From the NCBI GenBank assembly GCA_040954595.2, contig CM082578.2, forward strand, positions 4,756,831 to 4,820,830: 64,000 bases of DNA, given 5' to 3'. Both the position numbers and the translations under genes were made by a program. Of this stretch, positions 44,825 through 57,118 are shown piece by piece; position 1 is the stretch's first letter; the number at the start of each line of letters is the position of its first letter. This stretch comes from Balanoglossus misakiensis. Lineage: Eukaryota; Animalia; Hemichordata. The notes below the pieces were generated by a model. The model ran no database searches and was not told where the DNA came from. It saw only the letters and a list, made by a program, of their open reading frames with translations.

Positions 44825-47285
44825 TTATGTTACCTTTCACATGTGCGTGGCTGTTTTACATGCATTCACAGATCTACATGTCGGTTGGCAGGTGTTCACC
44901 ATCAGAAAGAAATTGCTATCTGCAAAATGAAAAATATGTGAAGTATTTTACAGTCAAACATCACGAAATTAAAAAGAATCTATGGACAGATGATCTCCTG
45001 TCATCATGAACAATACAAGATGCCATTCTGTTGTGTGTGAACATATGCACAACCCAAATCTTGGCTTTTAATGGCAGTACTGGATCAAACTGCAAAATAA
45101 ACTGCTGTGCATATCTATGCCACATTGTCTATGTATCAAGCTTTAACGAAATTTCAGTCAAGTCAAATTAGACTAATTGTACCACATGCCCATCTAATGC
45201 TGTTTGCAGCTGTAAATGTTACCTTCCAAAACTGCTTCGCTGCTTTACAGACAGCACAGATCTAGCCTACATGTTGGTTGGCACATGTTGATCACCAACA
45301 GAAACTGTTATCTGCAAAAATGAAAAATATGTTAATAAGTATTGTACAGTCAAACAACACAACTCTGAAATGTATTTATGGACGAATCTTGGCTCTTTGT
45401 GGCCGTATACTGGATGAAACTACCGAATAAACTGCTCTGCATATGCATCCCTCGTTGATATGATTTTTGGGTCAAGTCATAATAGAATTAATGTACCACA
45501 TGCCCTGCTAATGCTGTTTGCAGCTTTAAATGTTACCTTCGAATTCTGCTTCGCTGCCTTTCAGGTTGCACAGATCTACATGTCAGTTGGCAGATGTTGA
45601 TCAGCGAGAGAAACTGTCATCTGCAAAAATGGAAAAATCTATTAATAATTTTCAGTCAAACAAAACAACGCTAAAATGAATCTATAAACAGATGGTCTCC
45701 CATCTTCATGATCAATACAAGATGCTATACTGTTGTGCATGAATGTAAGAACAGAGCTAAACTTTTGTGGCTGTACTTGATTCTCTTGCAAAATAATTGC
45801 TGTGCATATATATGTTATACTGTCTACCGGTATGTACCAAGTTGAAATGATCTTGTGATCAAGTCATATTAGAATGATTGTACCACATGCCCTGCTAACA
45901 CTGTTTGCAGCTTTAAATGTTACCTTCAAATTCTGCTTCGCTGCTTTACAGGCATGCTCAGATCTACATGTATTGGCAGATGTTGATCACCAACAGAAAC
46001 TTTTATCTGCAAAAATGAAAAATATGTCAATAAGTATGTTTTAGTCAAAGGAAGACAACAACTAAATGTATTATGGTCAGACAATATCCTGGTGCGAAAA
46101 CAATACAAGATGCCATTCTGTTGTGTGTGCACGTATGCGCGACCCAAATCTTGGCTTTTAATGGGTAGTGGATGAAACTGCCCAAAAAACTGCTCTGCAT
46201 ATGCATTCCTCATTAATATGATTTTTGGGTCAAGTCATAATAGAATTTATGTACCACATGCCCTGCTAACACTGTTTGCAGCTTTAAATGTACCTTCGAA
46301 AACCACTGGGCTGTTTTACAGGTATGCACAGATCTACGTTGGTTGGCAGATGTTGATCATCATTCAGAGAGAGAAACTGTTATCTGCAAAATGAAAAATA
46401 CATCAATGATTTTCAGTCAAACAAAACAACGCTAAAATGAATCCATAAACAGATGGTCTCCCATCTTCATGATCAATACAAGATGCTATACTGTTGTGCA
46501 TGAATGTAAGAACAGAGCTTAGCCTTTTGTGGCTGTTCTTGATCATCTTGCAAAATAATTGCTGTGCATATCTATGCCACATTGTCCATCAGCTGCAGTA
46601 TGTATCAAGTTTTAACGAAATTGCAGTCAAGTCATATTAGAATAATTGTACCACATGCCTTGCTAATGCTGTTTGCAGCTTTAAATGTTACCTTCTAAAT
46701 CTGCTTCACTGCTTTACAGGTATGTTCAGATCTACATGTCAGTTGGTAGATGTTGATCATCACAAAGAAGCTTTTATCTGCAAAAACTGGATATTAGACC
46801 AATAAGTATTAATTTGTGTGTCAAACATCACATTTGTAAAATGTAGCATATGATCTCCTGTCTGCATGGACAATCCAACCTGTCATACTGTGGTACGCGA
46901 ACGTATGGACAAATCTTAGCTTCAAAAGTACTAGATCAAATCGCAAAATATATTGCTGTGCATATTATGTCACAGTACAACTGTCTAATTATCGACCAAG
47001 TTTTAATGAAATTGCAGTCAAGTCATATTAGAACTTATAATGTACCATATGCCTTGCTAATGCTGTTTGTAGTTTTAAATGTTACCTTCCCAAACTGTTG
47101 GGCTGCTTTACACGTATGCACAGATCTGCGTGTCAGTTGGTAGATGTTGATCATCAGAAAGAAACTGTTATCTGTAAAAATTTAAAAATATGTCAACAAG
47201 TATGTGGTAGTCAAAGAAAACAACACTAAAATGTATTATGGTCAGACAATATACTGTTGCAAGAACGATACAAGATGCCATTCAA
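44825..47285 (-). repeat. Seven tandem 310-400-bp units, each with acceptor + ~85-nt non-coding exon-like segment + donor
   Basis: Minus-strand TTTTGCAG|AT at ~44919, 45311, 45620, 46005, 46383, 46777 (TTTTACAG at 47171) and AAG|GTA at ~44832, 45221, 45535, 45922, 46292, 46690, 47084. Confidence 0.8.
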
Positions 47286-48008
47286 TGATTAAACCAAACA
47301 CAATGAATTTGCATACTCACAACACAGGAATCATGTTACCTGGTTACCAGTTCGACATCTGAACCGGAGGATAAATTTCATCCTGGAAATCTGAAACTAA
47401 CAAGAAAAATTGTGTAAATAGACAAATATAACAGACAGCTACAGACTGCAACTTGGCTGCCACCAAACCCCAACATCTGCAACAAATAATAAATAGTAAA
47501 TATTAACACATTATCAAAGACTGGGTGGGTTTTATATCACATATGGTATACTTGCATTGTGTTGTGCCTTCCATATGTTGGCTAATTAGCTAGCTGATGC
47601 ACATCATCCATTGTAAAACTCAAGGATCTCATAAACTTACTAACTTAATAAGTAACCCAATAAAGTAGACTTATAAATAAAACATGAAATTAACAAATCT
47701 CTCTCAATGACATACTGCCATGAGGGACTAAAAACTTCAATTATCAACAAATTATTACAGAAGTTATCCCCTTTCTACTTGACATGTACAGTAATTGCTA
47801 TATGACACCCTTTTCACTACTTTAAGCTCCCTACTGGAAAATCATTACAATTTTTGAAGAGTTGTGGGTTAAAAGATAACTACACAGTTCTACCTAAAAC
47901 TGCAAATATATTTAATATTTTATAATTATTGATGATATTATCATCATCATCACCTTATTTTTGTTATAGCGTGATCATGATCATCTCATTTTTTTATTTA
48001 TCAATATT

Positions 48009-48009
<1 letters not shown>

Positions 48010-48048
<39 letters not shown>

Positions 48049-48085
48049 CCATCATCATCGCCACCACCACCACCACCACCACCAT
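48010..48085. repeat. (CAT)n/(CAC)n microsatellite
   Basis: Directly visible. Confidence 0.9.
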
Positions 48086-49752
48086 TAGTACAACCATCAA
48101 TATCATCACCATAACAATTAACATCAAAACTGCCATCACCATCACCATTACAGGAATAAAATCAAAATATTAAATGACCCACGAAAATCAGGATCTTTCT
48201 GCCAATGACAATCTAAAAAGTCTATCGTCTCTCGATTATTATATAAAGCTAACTATATTATGCTCTTAAAAATTATGTTTATTATTATCATAATGTTTAA
48301 GTAGGTCTAAGAATATTAAACTTTCAACAGATAATTATTAATATGCATAGCTGATATCATACACTCTGAATGTGCATTTACTAAATTATTTTCAAAATCA
48401 GACAAGCTTTCCAATACAAATGAATGCTCACTGCATTGGTGAAAAGAGGGAACGACAACGAGCTGTTGGTGAAATTGACTGGATGCTTTAAACACAATAC
48501 AATACAGGTACACATCTGAAATACAAATCTTATATAATGCAATGTTTATCAAACAATCTGAAATGAAATCATGCATCCAATACAAATGTGATCAAAAATG
48601 TAACAAGTTTGATAAATCAGACACTTTTACTAATCACCACTCTGAGTGAGTGGTTACATCATGTTTGTGAGTGCAAGGTATACAGTTTGTTTTGTTTGTG
48701 AGTGCAAGGTATGTAATAACATCCCCAAATCTGACTGGCCAGGTCAGAATGGGGACACCCACATGGAAAAATACATTAAATACCACAGTCTATCCAACTG
48801 CAGTGTCATTGCATTACATACATGAGTTTTGAGACAATATCTCAACAAAACAACTTATAATATATTATACACATTACAGTTAGTGCATGTGTAATTTCGA
48901 TTAGTTCATGTACTGACTCTTCTTAAGTCTTGATGCCATAATGAATCATCACCAATCAAGCATACCACCTGTAATCAGATTTAAGTAAAAAGAAATGTAT
49001 GTATTCTGATTTAAATATGGTTATTACTTAGATGCTGAAATGGAACACAAAAATACCACAGTCTATCCAACTGCAGTGTCATTGCATATTATGTGTAAAA
49101 AGTAGCACATGCATGTGATATGCATGTACATATCAAGCAACATTAAAATGATACAAGAACAAAAGGGAATCAATTGAGACGTTACGTCGTATATTCCTAG
49201 AAAAAAAGACAACTTTAGTTAATTAACAATAACAGTCATATCTATGATGTTTATTTACACCAGTCATAAATGTTTTCATCAACAGCTCTATGTACGAGGG
49301 TCATCTTATTCTAGTTTGTACACAGAACCATCTGCCTCATAAAACTCACAGAATTCACAGTATACAATATCAACTATGCATAATATTTAGGCTTCCAATT
49401 CTGATGATTTTTTAAGATGAATATGACTGCCTGGTTCTATGAAAATACATCAGTGTGTTATATACTGATGGTTAAATTAAACCTTCACTAACAAATTATT
49501 CTATTACTTCATATCACTATTACCACAAAATTATTCTGTTACTTAGAACCACTATGACAACGAAATGCCAAGGTTAACACCCATTATTCTGGATTAAATT
49601 AAGACCATTAAGAATCAACTGATCACCAACTACACCATTCAAACAATATTCATCTGAACAGTTTCATCATGTACAAGTATCCTGAAGATCCACATAAATC
49701 TGACAATACCACACTGACGTACACGATGTAGAAACTACAGTCATAAAGTACT

Positions 49753-49783
<31 letters not shown>

Positions 49784-50899
49784 TTATTTATTATTTTTGT
49801 AATATCATCATTGTCTGCTTATTGTTGTTATTTTTTGTTGGGGTATTCTTGTTTAATATCTATTTTGAAACTTTATCATACCTTATCCAATAAACACTCA
49901 AAATTATAATTTTCAGCAGTAATATACATTATTACATTTGATACTATTATCCCTGTCTATTATTGAATTATTTCTGTATTTTTCATTTGATTAAAATGTT
50001 GTGTCAAACTGCAGTTTTCAAACTACAAATATACACTCTTACCTTAAAAACCCAATCCACTGGTGTTCAGTGGAAGTCACTCTTGGTTCTATGCATTGTA
50101 CAGTTCTCTATACACATTTCATTCACAAATTGATTGCCCTTATATTAAATTTGTCTATCAATTGTTGTTGATTTTAAAACATATACTAATGCGACTGACG
50201 GTGTGATCAATACAGTACACTCAACCTCCTTACCATAAATTTGCATTTTTATCATCCTGAAGTACATGCAAACTGAATATAGCAGATGCTTACCATGTTT
50301 TGCAGCAGGCTAGTGTTTTCAATTCTGCACCATCCCGCAATGTACATTTCACAGGTGCCAAACAAAAGAATAAAAAAAACATGGATCAATAAGAATTATA
50401 CTTCCCTTCTCAATGATCAGCAGTAGCACATCCATTTCTGTAATCTTCAACTCCCCCAAGACTTCTCAGATCATGGAAAGATCCTCCTGCAAGAAAGTAG
50501 AGAACAATTTTCAGCACAAAATAAAAACGTTGTGCTGGTAGGAGAAACTCACTCATAAAATATCTTTTATCTTTAAATGTATAAAGTTACACGAAAAAAT
50601 AGCCATAGTTACATGTACCATGGGAAGATGCAATCCAGCCATGCAATCACAGATTTTCAGTAGGCTATTTGACAGAAGTGCACCTATATACGGTATGGTC
50701 ATACAAATACATTAATGCCCTTTATGTAAATTAGAGGTGACTGTTTGTTGACTGTCTGTCCAGTCTGAGAGGATGCAAACTGTGAGGGCGCTGTCAATAC
50801 AAAATGAGGACAATTCTCCTTCTATAAAACAACTATGGCAGGTGCCCTGTCACCCTGGATACATTGTGTTCGAAATATCGATCTTGGAGAATATCCGAG

Positions 50900-51470
50900 T
50901 TTTGGAGTCTGGCTGAGCTCAGTCGGTCACATAGAATGTTCAACTTCATTTTCCCTATCATTACAAATATTAGAACTGACTGCATTGACAGGTGGTGCAA
51001 CTTTATTTTTAGTATTAGACCTACTTCTTTCTATGTAGGGTTGAATCATATTTACATGACACAACTGTTTTTGTTTACGCCTGTCAGGAGTTACCATGAC
51101 ATAATTTAGATCAGTTAACTTCTTATCAATGGTGTAAGGACCGAAATAGCGGGCTTGGAGTGGCTTTCCGGGAACCAGAAGAAAAACGAGCACCTTTCTT
51201 TTGGCCAGGCACAAACTTCTGTTTTGAAGTATTTTTATCATATTTTGCTTTCATAGACCTTTGTGATGAATTCAGGCTTTCCTTAGCCAATTCACATGCC
51301 CTTGAAAGTCTGCTACGAAAATCAGATACATATTCTAAGAGGTTCAAACTCTCACTTTCATCTGATAAGAACTTTTGTTTAAGCAATTTAAATGGTCCCT
51401 ATACAGTATGCCAATACACAAGCTCAAATGGGCTAAAACCCAAAGATTCTTGAACTGACTCTTGCACTGC
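50900..51470 (-). mobile_element. Gypsy/Ty3 LTR-retrotransposon integrase C-terminal fragment
   Basis: QESLGFSPFELVY, YVSDFRSRLSRACELAKESL..SQRSMKAKYD, PGKPLQARYFGPYTI..LTDLNYVM.TPDRRK..LCHVNMIQPY (GPY/F region); stop and frameshift present. Confidence 0.85.
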
Positions 51471-51734
51471 AACATGAAGTTGACATAGTAACAGACTAAC
51501 TAATACTAAAACATTGCAAATATGTATGAGGTCTTGATCTCTTTACCTGCCTGGTATTGACTCTTTGATGGTGACTTGTCAAAGGGTTGGTTAAGTGATT
51601 AGTACTATGTTGTATAAAGTTGAACATATACCTAGAATTAATTGTTACAGGAGCTTTAAATATTGGGGTTAAATCTATTTTGTTTGATTTCCCATTCATA
51701 TTTTCATTCATGTATATCTTCTTATAATCTACAG

Positions 51735-52560
51735 TGTGACTATAGATGTAACAGGAGATTTGAATCTGGATTATGACAAAGGTGCTGATGAAGATGATGA
51801 GGACCCAGACTATGAACCCAGTACAGATTTAACCATACAGTGAGTATTTGCATTTTAAGAAGTCTCATTTTTAAATTTCTGGCCTACCTTCCCATTTTTT
51901 TTATTTGACCTTAACTGAAAATTCTTTTTACAGACCCCGGGGAATGGACTTAGAGAACCTGGCATCTGATAACTCAGAGAATGAGGATGATCAGGAAAAC
52001 ACTGAAGATACAAACAAACAAGACGAAACATTTCCTGGTATTGTGAGAGTCCAAATGGGCACAGATATTGACAGCCTCCTTCAGGAAAAGTTTTATCTCA
52101 TAACACTGCAGCAGCTTCTCTTGTTAGCCAAAATAGTGAGACAGTCAACGTGCCGTGAAGCAAATTGCAATGAAACTCTGACAATTTCAACTCAGTCTGT
52201 TGGGTCAGCTCTGTATTTATCATGGGTACGTGTACATTTTAGAATATGTTAATGAGTGCTATTGCTCAATACATGCCTTATGTTCCAAACTCACAAATTT
52301 GTAAAAAAAAAAGGAACTGAACAGTAACAGTAACTTAAGCCAGCTTTTGTGCATCCGTTAGTGTTAAACTGTGCATACATGTAGTTGTAGAAAGGAAGTC
52401 AATATAAATACAACATTTGATGTATATTTTTTTTAGGTTTGCCCATCTGGCCACATAGCTTATAAGTGGTGTTCACAACCTCTCCTGAACAGAAGGCTAC
52501 ATAGTGGAGATTTATTGACGTCAGCTGCTATACTCACGTCAGGCAACAACTACAGTTATT
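51735..52560 (+). mobile_element. Intron-containing transposase fragment, probably Kolobok-type
   Basis: Spliced pieces give DEDPDYEPS ... CREANC..GSALYLSW|VCPSGHIAYKWCSQPLLNRRLHSGDLLTSAAILTSGNNY; the C..GH..W.SQP..G.LL.AAIL.SG pattern is recalled from Kolobok-like transposases. Confidence 0.5.
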
Positions 52561-53160
52561 CGCATTCAGTTCCCAATAAGACAAGTTGCTAAGTACTGCA
52601 AGGAGAGCCAAGGTCCTACAAAAATGGTCAATTCACCGCAGACAGCAAGAATATTGCTGAGAAAGGGAATAATACAGGCCCCTGATATTTGGAAAATATC
52701 AAACAGCAGCTGCATGAATTAAAGCCCAGCAGAGGGAGCAATTTCGAAAAACTTCACGCATACAAGTTACTGAAGTCCAGTTTATCAAGTGCACCCCTGA
52801 CAGCTAAAAGTAGGCTTCGTGGTGTAATGAAGAAATACTTTGACATCAGTAGAGCTGGCATACCCCACCAAAAAAGGAGTACTGCATGGTGGAAAAAGTG
52901 TTCTAAATCCAAGACAAAAACGCGGGGACAGATTAAGTGACAAAACATGTGAACTGGTGAGAGAGTTTTTCCTCTTACCTGAGGTGAGTAGGGAATTGCC
53001 ATAGAAGAAAGAGGCCTTGCTAAAGAAAGACAAAACCATTGTTCAAACGAATATCATGGTGTTAACAATGCAAGAAGCGTATTCCCAATTTAAAGCAAGA
53101 TATCCCGACAAGAATGTGGGTTTTACATCTTTAAAATATTAAAGCCACATAATGTCATCG
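52560..53160 (+). mobile_element. Degenerate DNA-transposase fragment, possibly Sola2-type
   Basis: VREFFLLPEVSRELP*KKE..VQTNIMVLTMQEAYSQFKARYPDKNVGFTS; resembles the F..D.SR..PGKKD..QKR.L..L.E.Y..F..YP motif; stops present. Confidence 0.4.
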
Positions 53161-53559
53161 TAAAACTTATCAGTCTGAAAAATTATACGTCACTTAGTAT
53201 ATTTTGTGACATCTTGCAAACAATCTGACCATAAAATTTGGGTGGTGAACATTGACCCCTGTGAATATAAACTGGCAGTCAAAATCAGAAAAGGCACTGG
53301 TTCATTTGACCCCTAACCACTGTTAATACCTACATTGTACTTTAATACTCATCAAAGACTATTGGGAAGCTAAATACTTGAGAATTCATCATGCAATATT
53401 GTAAAGATACTTGATTCACACACCCCTTCCTTGTATTTTTTTCCAAATGTATTCAGGTGAACATCACTGCCAAGATACTGCAATTCACTGATGGCTTGAA
53501 ACAGCAGCAAGTGCGGGGTAGAATGTTGAAGAAACAGACAGTGTTGGTTGCTGATAGGT

Positions 53560-54445
53560 CTGGTGCTATATTGGTAAGCTCGAGGCGAAACCTGGCGAGA
53601 CTCAGGCCGAAAAAAACAAACTCTTCTATCTTTGAATAAAGAAGTTGTCAGCAGACTGGTTATCCTTTTCAAAACGTCACATGCTCTCGCTAAACATGGC
53701 AGACCATTTTCTGAATTTCCTTGGCTGTGTGATTTAGACGAGGCTAAAGGTTTGAAAGTGGGGTCTACGAACAGGAAATGATAAGAGAGCACGGGAATTT
53801 GTTTCTGCTATTGCTGATGCCGAACGAAACACACTGGGTACAATGGTTAATCATGCTAGGTGGTTGTCAATTATCTCTGATGGTGCCACTGATAGCTTGC
53901 ACAGAGAGGCTGAGGAGTGCTATGTTAACTCATGTCATTTGGGCGTTTCATCAACCAAATTTATTGGAATTAAAAATATTCCCAAAGCTGATGCAGTTAT
54001 AGCATTCTAGTGCTTTATCAACCTTATTATCAACCACACATGGAGATCACGAGGAGGAATTTTAAGTCTTGGAAAGATAAGGTCATCGGCTTCGGGTCAG
54101 ATGGAGCAAGTGTAATGATCGGAAAGAAAGGTGCAGTGGTTAAGAAATAAGAAATTCATACTTGGTGTTCACTGTTCTGCTCACTGGCTCGAGTTGGCTT
54201 ACAAAGATGCTTGTAAATCTATACCTTTGTACTCCAAAATGGATGGCCTGATGACCAACCTGTATTACTTCTACAGAAACAGTAGTTTGAACAGGAGCAA
54301 TCCAATAGTGTCATTTAAAGCACTTGGAAAAAACCCATTGTTGCCAACTCGAGTTTCAGGTACACATTGGCTACCTCATACAAAGAGAGCCTTACGGACC
54401 CTAATCGATGGATATGAACCAATTGTGACTCATCTTCAACAGATT
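53560..54445 (+). mobile_element. hAT transposase fragment (ZNF862-like), frameshifted
   Basis: LFKTSHALAKHGRPFSEFPWLCDLDEAKG, SIISDGATDS, IGFGSDGASVMIG, GVHCSAHWLELA (CxxH), TRVSGTHW. Confidence 0.85.
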
Positions 54446-54599
54446 AGTAAAATTTATATAGCAAAATAAATGTCTACAATCCATTGTTAATAAAAAATAT
54501 CTAAATATAATTATAAATATCATAAAAATAAATATCAAGGTTTTTGATGACAAGTTTTAAATTTGAAAAAGCCAATGTAAGCAGTTGTTCAGTTGAAAC

Positions 54600-56212
54600 T
54601 GAAGGTTAAAGGTCAAACTCTTTAAAAACGAGCGATTTGATTGGTGGTTATGTGCCTGGACCAATCACAGAACACGTTATGTTATATGGCGACTTCAGTG
54701 AGTAAATACAGTGTATGTCATATTGCCGCTAGTGACAACGAGCCAATTATTACTTGTACTGACAAATCATGGGCGAAATTGAGCGAATGTGCCGAAGTAT
54801 GGAAGATTTCCGATGGGTTGGAGCAAAAAATTGCACTTCAGTTTAAACCCGTTGATCGAGAGCAAGACGGTTATCACCTACGATGTTACCAGCATTTTAC
54901 AGACAAACGACATCTATCTCAAGCAGAGAAACGCAAAGAGAGCGGTAAGCTGCGGAAAACAATTGTCGAACTTGTCGAGGAAACCGACGAAGACGAACTC
55001 CAAGGGTCTCCTGTCAAGCGATGTTTAAGGTCACATTCGGGTGTGATATCCAAGACCAAACGCAGTGTCTTTTTAAAATATCCATTCTTTACATTGAATG
55101 AATGAGCAGCTACCAGAAATATTTCAGTATTAACTGTCAAGCTACCCTCCTCAGTCCTGGCCTATTCAATATGAAAAACTTGATGAAAGCAGTAGCTGAC
55201 GCTATGTGGGAACTCCTGCCACAAGGTGCTGCTGGCCACATAGAAAGTGAATGTCATTGAATGATGGTGGTTCACTAGCTACTCCATTGAATTCCACATG
55301 GGAAAAAGGAAAATGTGCATGAAAGTATCTTTCAGTGGTAATACAGGTATGTGGGTAAAACAGAACTATGGAAAAGCTGTTGTGATGTTTCACGGTTATC
55401 AGAATTGACCATCAACTAAAGATAACACACACTTATAAAAGATAGCAAAAATTACAGATGACAGAAGCGCACTTCACAGGACACATGGTCATAAATGAAA
55501 AGAAAGATGCATATTTATCAAATCAGAAGAATAAGCCATCAATCATCAACAAGCCCAGCAGACTCCTTTGAACAAAATAGTGTCAAAAACATGGCATGTT
55601 GAAGAAGATGCTGACAAGCTCATTGTCCAAAGAGTAATTGAAAGTGCATCCACAGCTAGAACAGTGATTGTTGGCAATTATGCCAATCAATGATTTTTCT
55701 TCGCTACCCTGCACCTATTGACTTTTCCCATCAAATTTACATGTACTTCAAGTACAAAGCAAAATCAATTTTTTCAAGTTGTCAAAAGAACCACATGTAC
55801 AATATTATATCCCCAACTGGGTTTCCATGCTCAAGAAATAATTTTAAGCTTTAAAAACTAATTAACAGTTTCCTTAATATTTGACAGGTGGTAACAATAT
55901 TGTATAAGGTTTATATTAATTATAAGAGCAACCATGTAAAATATTAGACATCGAATACTGTTCCCCAAGCATAATACTAAATTTAAACTTCCAAATTACA
56001 AAAACGTCGTGTTTATTTCATGGCAACAAGCTATTTTCATAGGAATGTTAGCAGCCATATTGGGTTTATGCAAATTAGGCACATTTTCACAAGGTGGACT
56101 CGGGTGCATGTTGTTTTACTTTTAGGTAACTGTCTGAAATCAGTTCTAAAGAAAAAACTCTCTTACAATTGTGGTGGGTTAGGTGCCCAGATCGCGTAGA
56201 TTGAATAGACTA
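54600..56212 (+). mobile_element. Internally deleted Academ (AcademX-like) DNA transposon remnant
   Basis: GYHLRCYQHFTDK N-terminal motif; DGGSL..W.KG and HVEEDADKLIVQRVIESA..TVIVG resemble the XPG-like nuclease; terminus ...GATTGAATAGACTA ends in CTA. Confidence 0.55.
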
Positions 56213-56505
56213 AACGTTAAACGGTGGAAAGGTAAGACTTCTGTCATGACATTCTCATTGTATCATGTACCGGGGGTATGGCTGTATGCTAAATGGGTGT
56301 TTGAAATGAAGCCAGTCCTCTTTCTCCCAGTTGTAATACACGGGAAGCTACAATGGGTTTTCTGTAACTACCGAGTCTGGATTTGTTGCAATCTGTCATC
56401 ATGGATTTCCCATGGGGTACTTTTGACAGAGTAAATCAGCCTGCACCAGTATTGGGTGACAATTAAGTAATTCAAAGTCTACACCTTTTGACATTATCGT
56501 TAGTG

Positions 56506-56590
56506 TAGCTCTGCGTGGCAGGGCTGTGTTGTTACGGCGAGCCTCCACCCACAGCTCGCCGTAACAACACAGCCCTGCCACGCAGAGCTA
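56506..56590. mobile_element. 85-bp perfect hairpin MITE, 37-bp TIR, 9-bp TSD (AcademH- or Mutator-type)
   Basis: tcgttagtg|TAGCTCTGCGTGGCAGGGCTGTGTTGTTACGGCGAGC-ctccacccaca-GCTCGCCGTAACAACACAGCCCTGCCACGCAGAGCTA|tcgttagtg. Confidence 0.92.
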
Positions 56591-57118
56591 TCGTTAGTGC
56601 TGCAATATCCTGTGTGTGAGTGTTTGGTCAAATGAAATATAGGCCCACAAGAAACCCACTGTAAAATTCAAGGCGACCAACGACATTCCATACACAGTGT
56701 GTACTACCATCTCCAGAGCTAACTCCAGCAGGAATCATCGATTCAAATACGTACACGCATCCTTCTCGAATATTTGCGCCATGCCGCCCATAAATATGGC
56801 GTCATCGTTTTTGAGTGAAAATTCAGTCTAAACGTTCCACTCACTGCCTGCGATAGAACCACTGAGAGAAGAATGTAAATTCTCCTACCTCAGATGAAAC
56901 TTGCATCCGGACTGCTGGCCAATACTTGGCACCAAATTTCATGAATAATATTTCCATTCTGAGGGCTAGGCGCTCCATTTAAAACACGATGGAAGTACAC
57001 TTCTAATATTTAGGTCCGCCATTTTGGTCCATCATCACCACAGTTATACATCGCCCTCAACGATACATGAAAGTCACCGTTTTGTTTCTACACATGTACA
57101 GCTCTGTGGACAGACTAC

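Larger units (their letters stand above)
38965..57040 (-). ncRNA. Putative spliced long non-coding transcript spanning the duplicated unit
   Basis: YY1 motif AAAATGGCGG (minus) at ~57016-57025, donor GAG|GTAGG at ~56887, small GT-AG-flanked segments at 50486-50402, 50256-50234, ~50043, 47390-47340, seven repeat exons, acceptor at ~43932, AATAAA at ~38979; no sustained ORF. Inferred only. Confidence 0.4.
38094..57118. repeat. ~19.0-kb tandem segmental duplication unit, copy 1
   Basis: AAATTGGGTGTTCCTATGCAACATTTTTCAATA starts both 38094 and 57119; ORF track duplicated at ~19,005 offset (43018/62025, 44692/63697). Confidence 0.92.

Noticed and set aside
48663-49086. Short direct repeats (19 bp at 48663/48694; 33 bp at 48781/49054)
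   Set aside because: Ordinary local duplications with no element structure.
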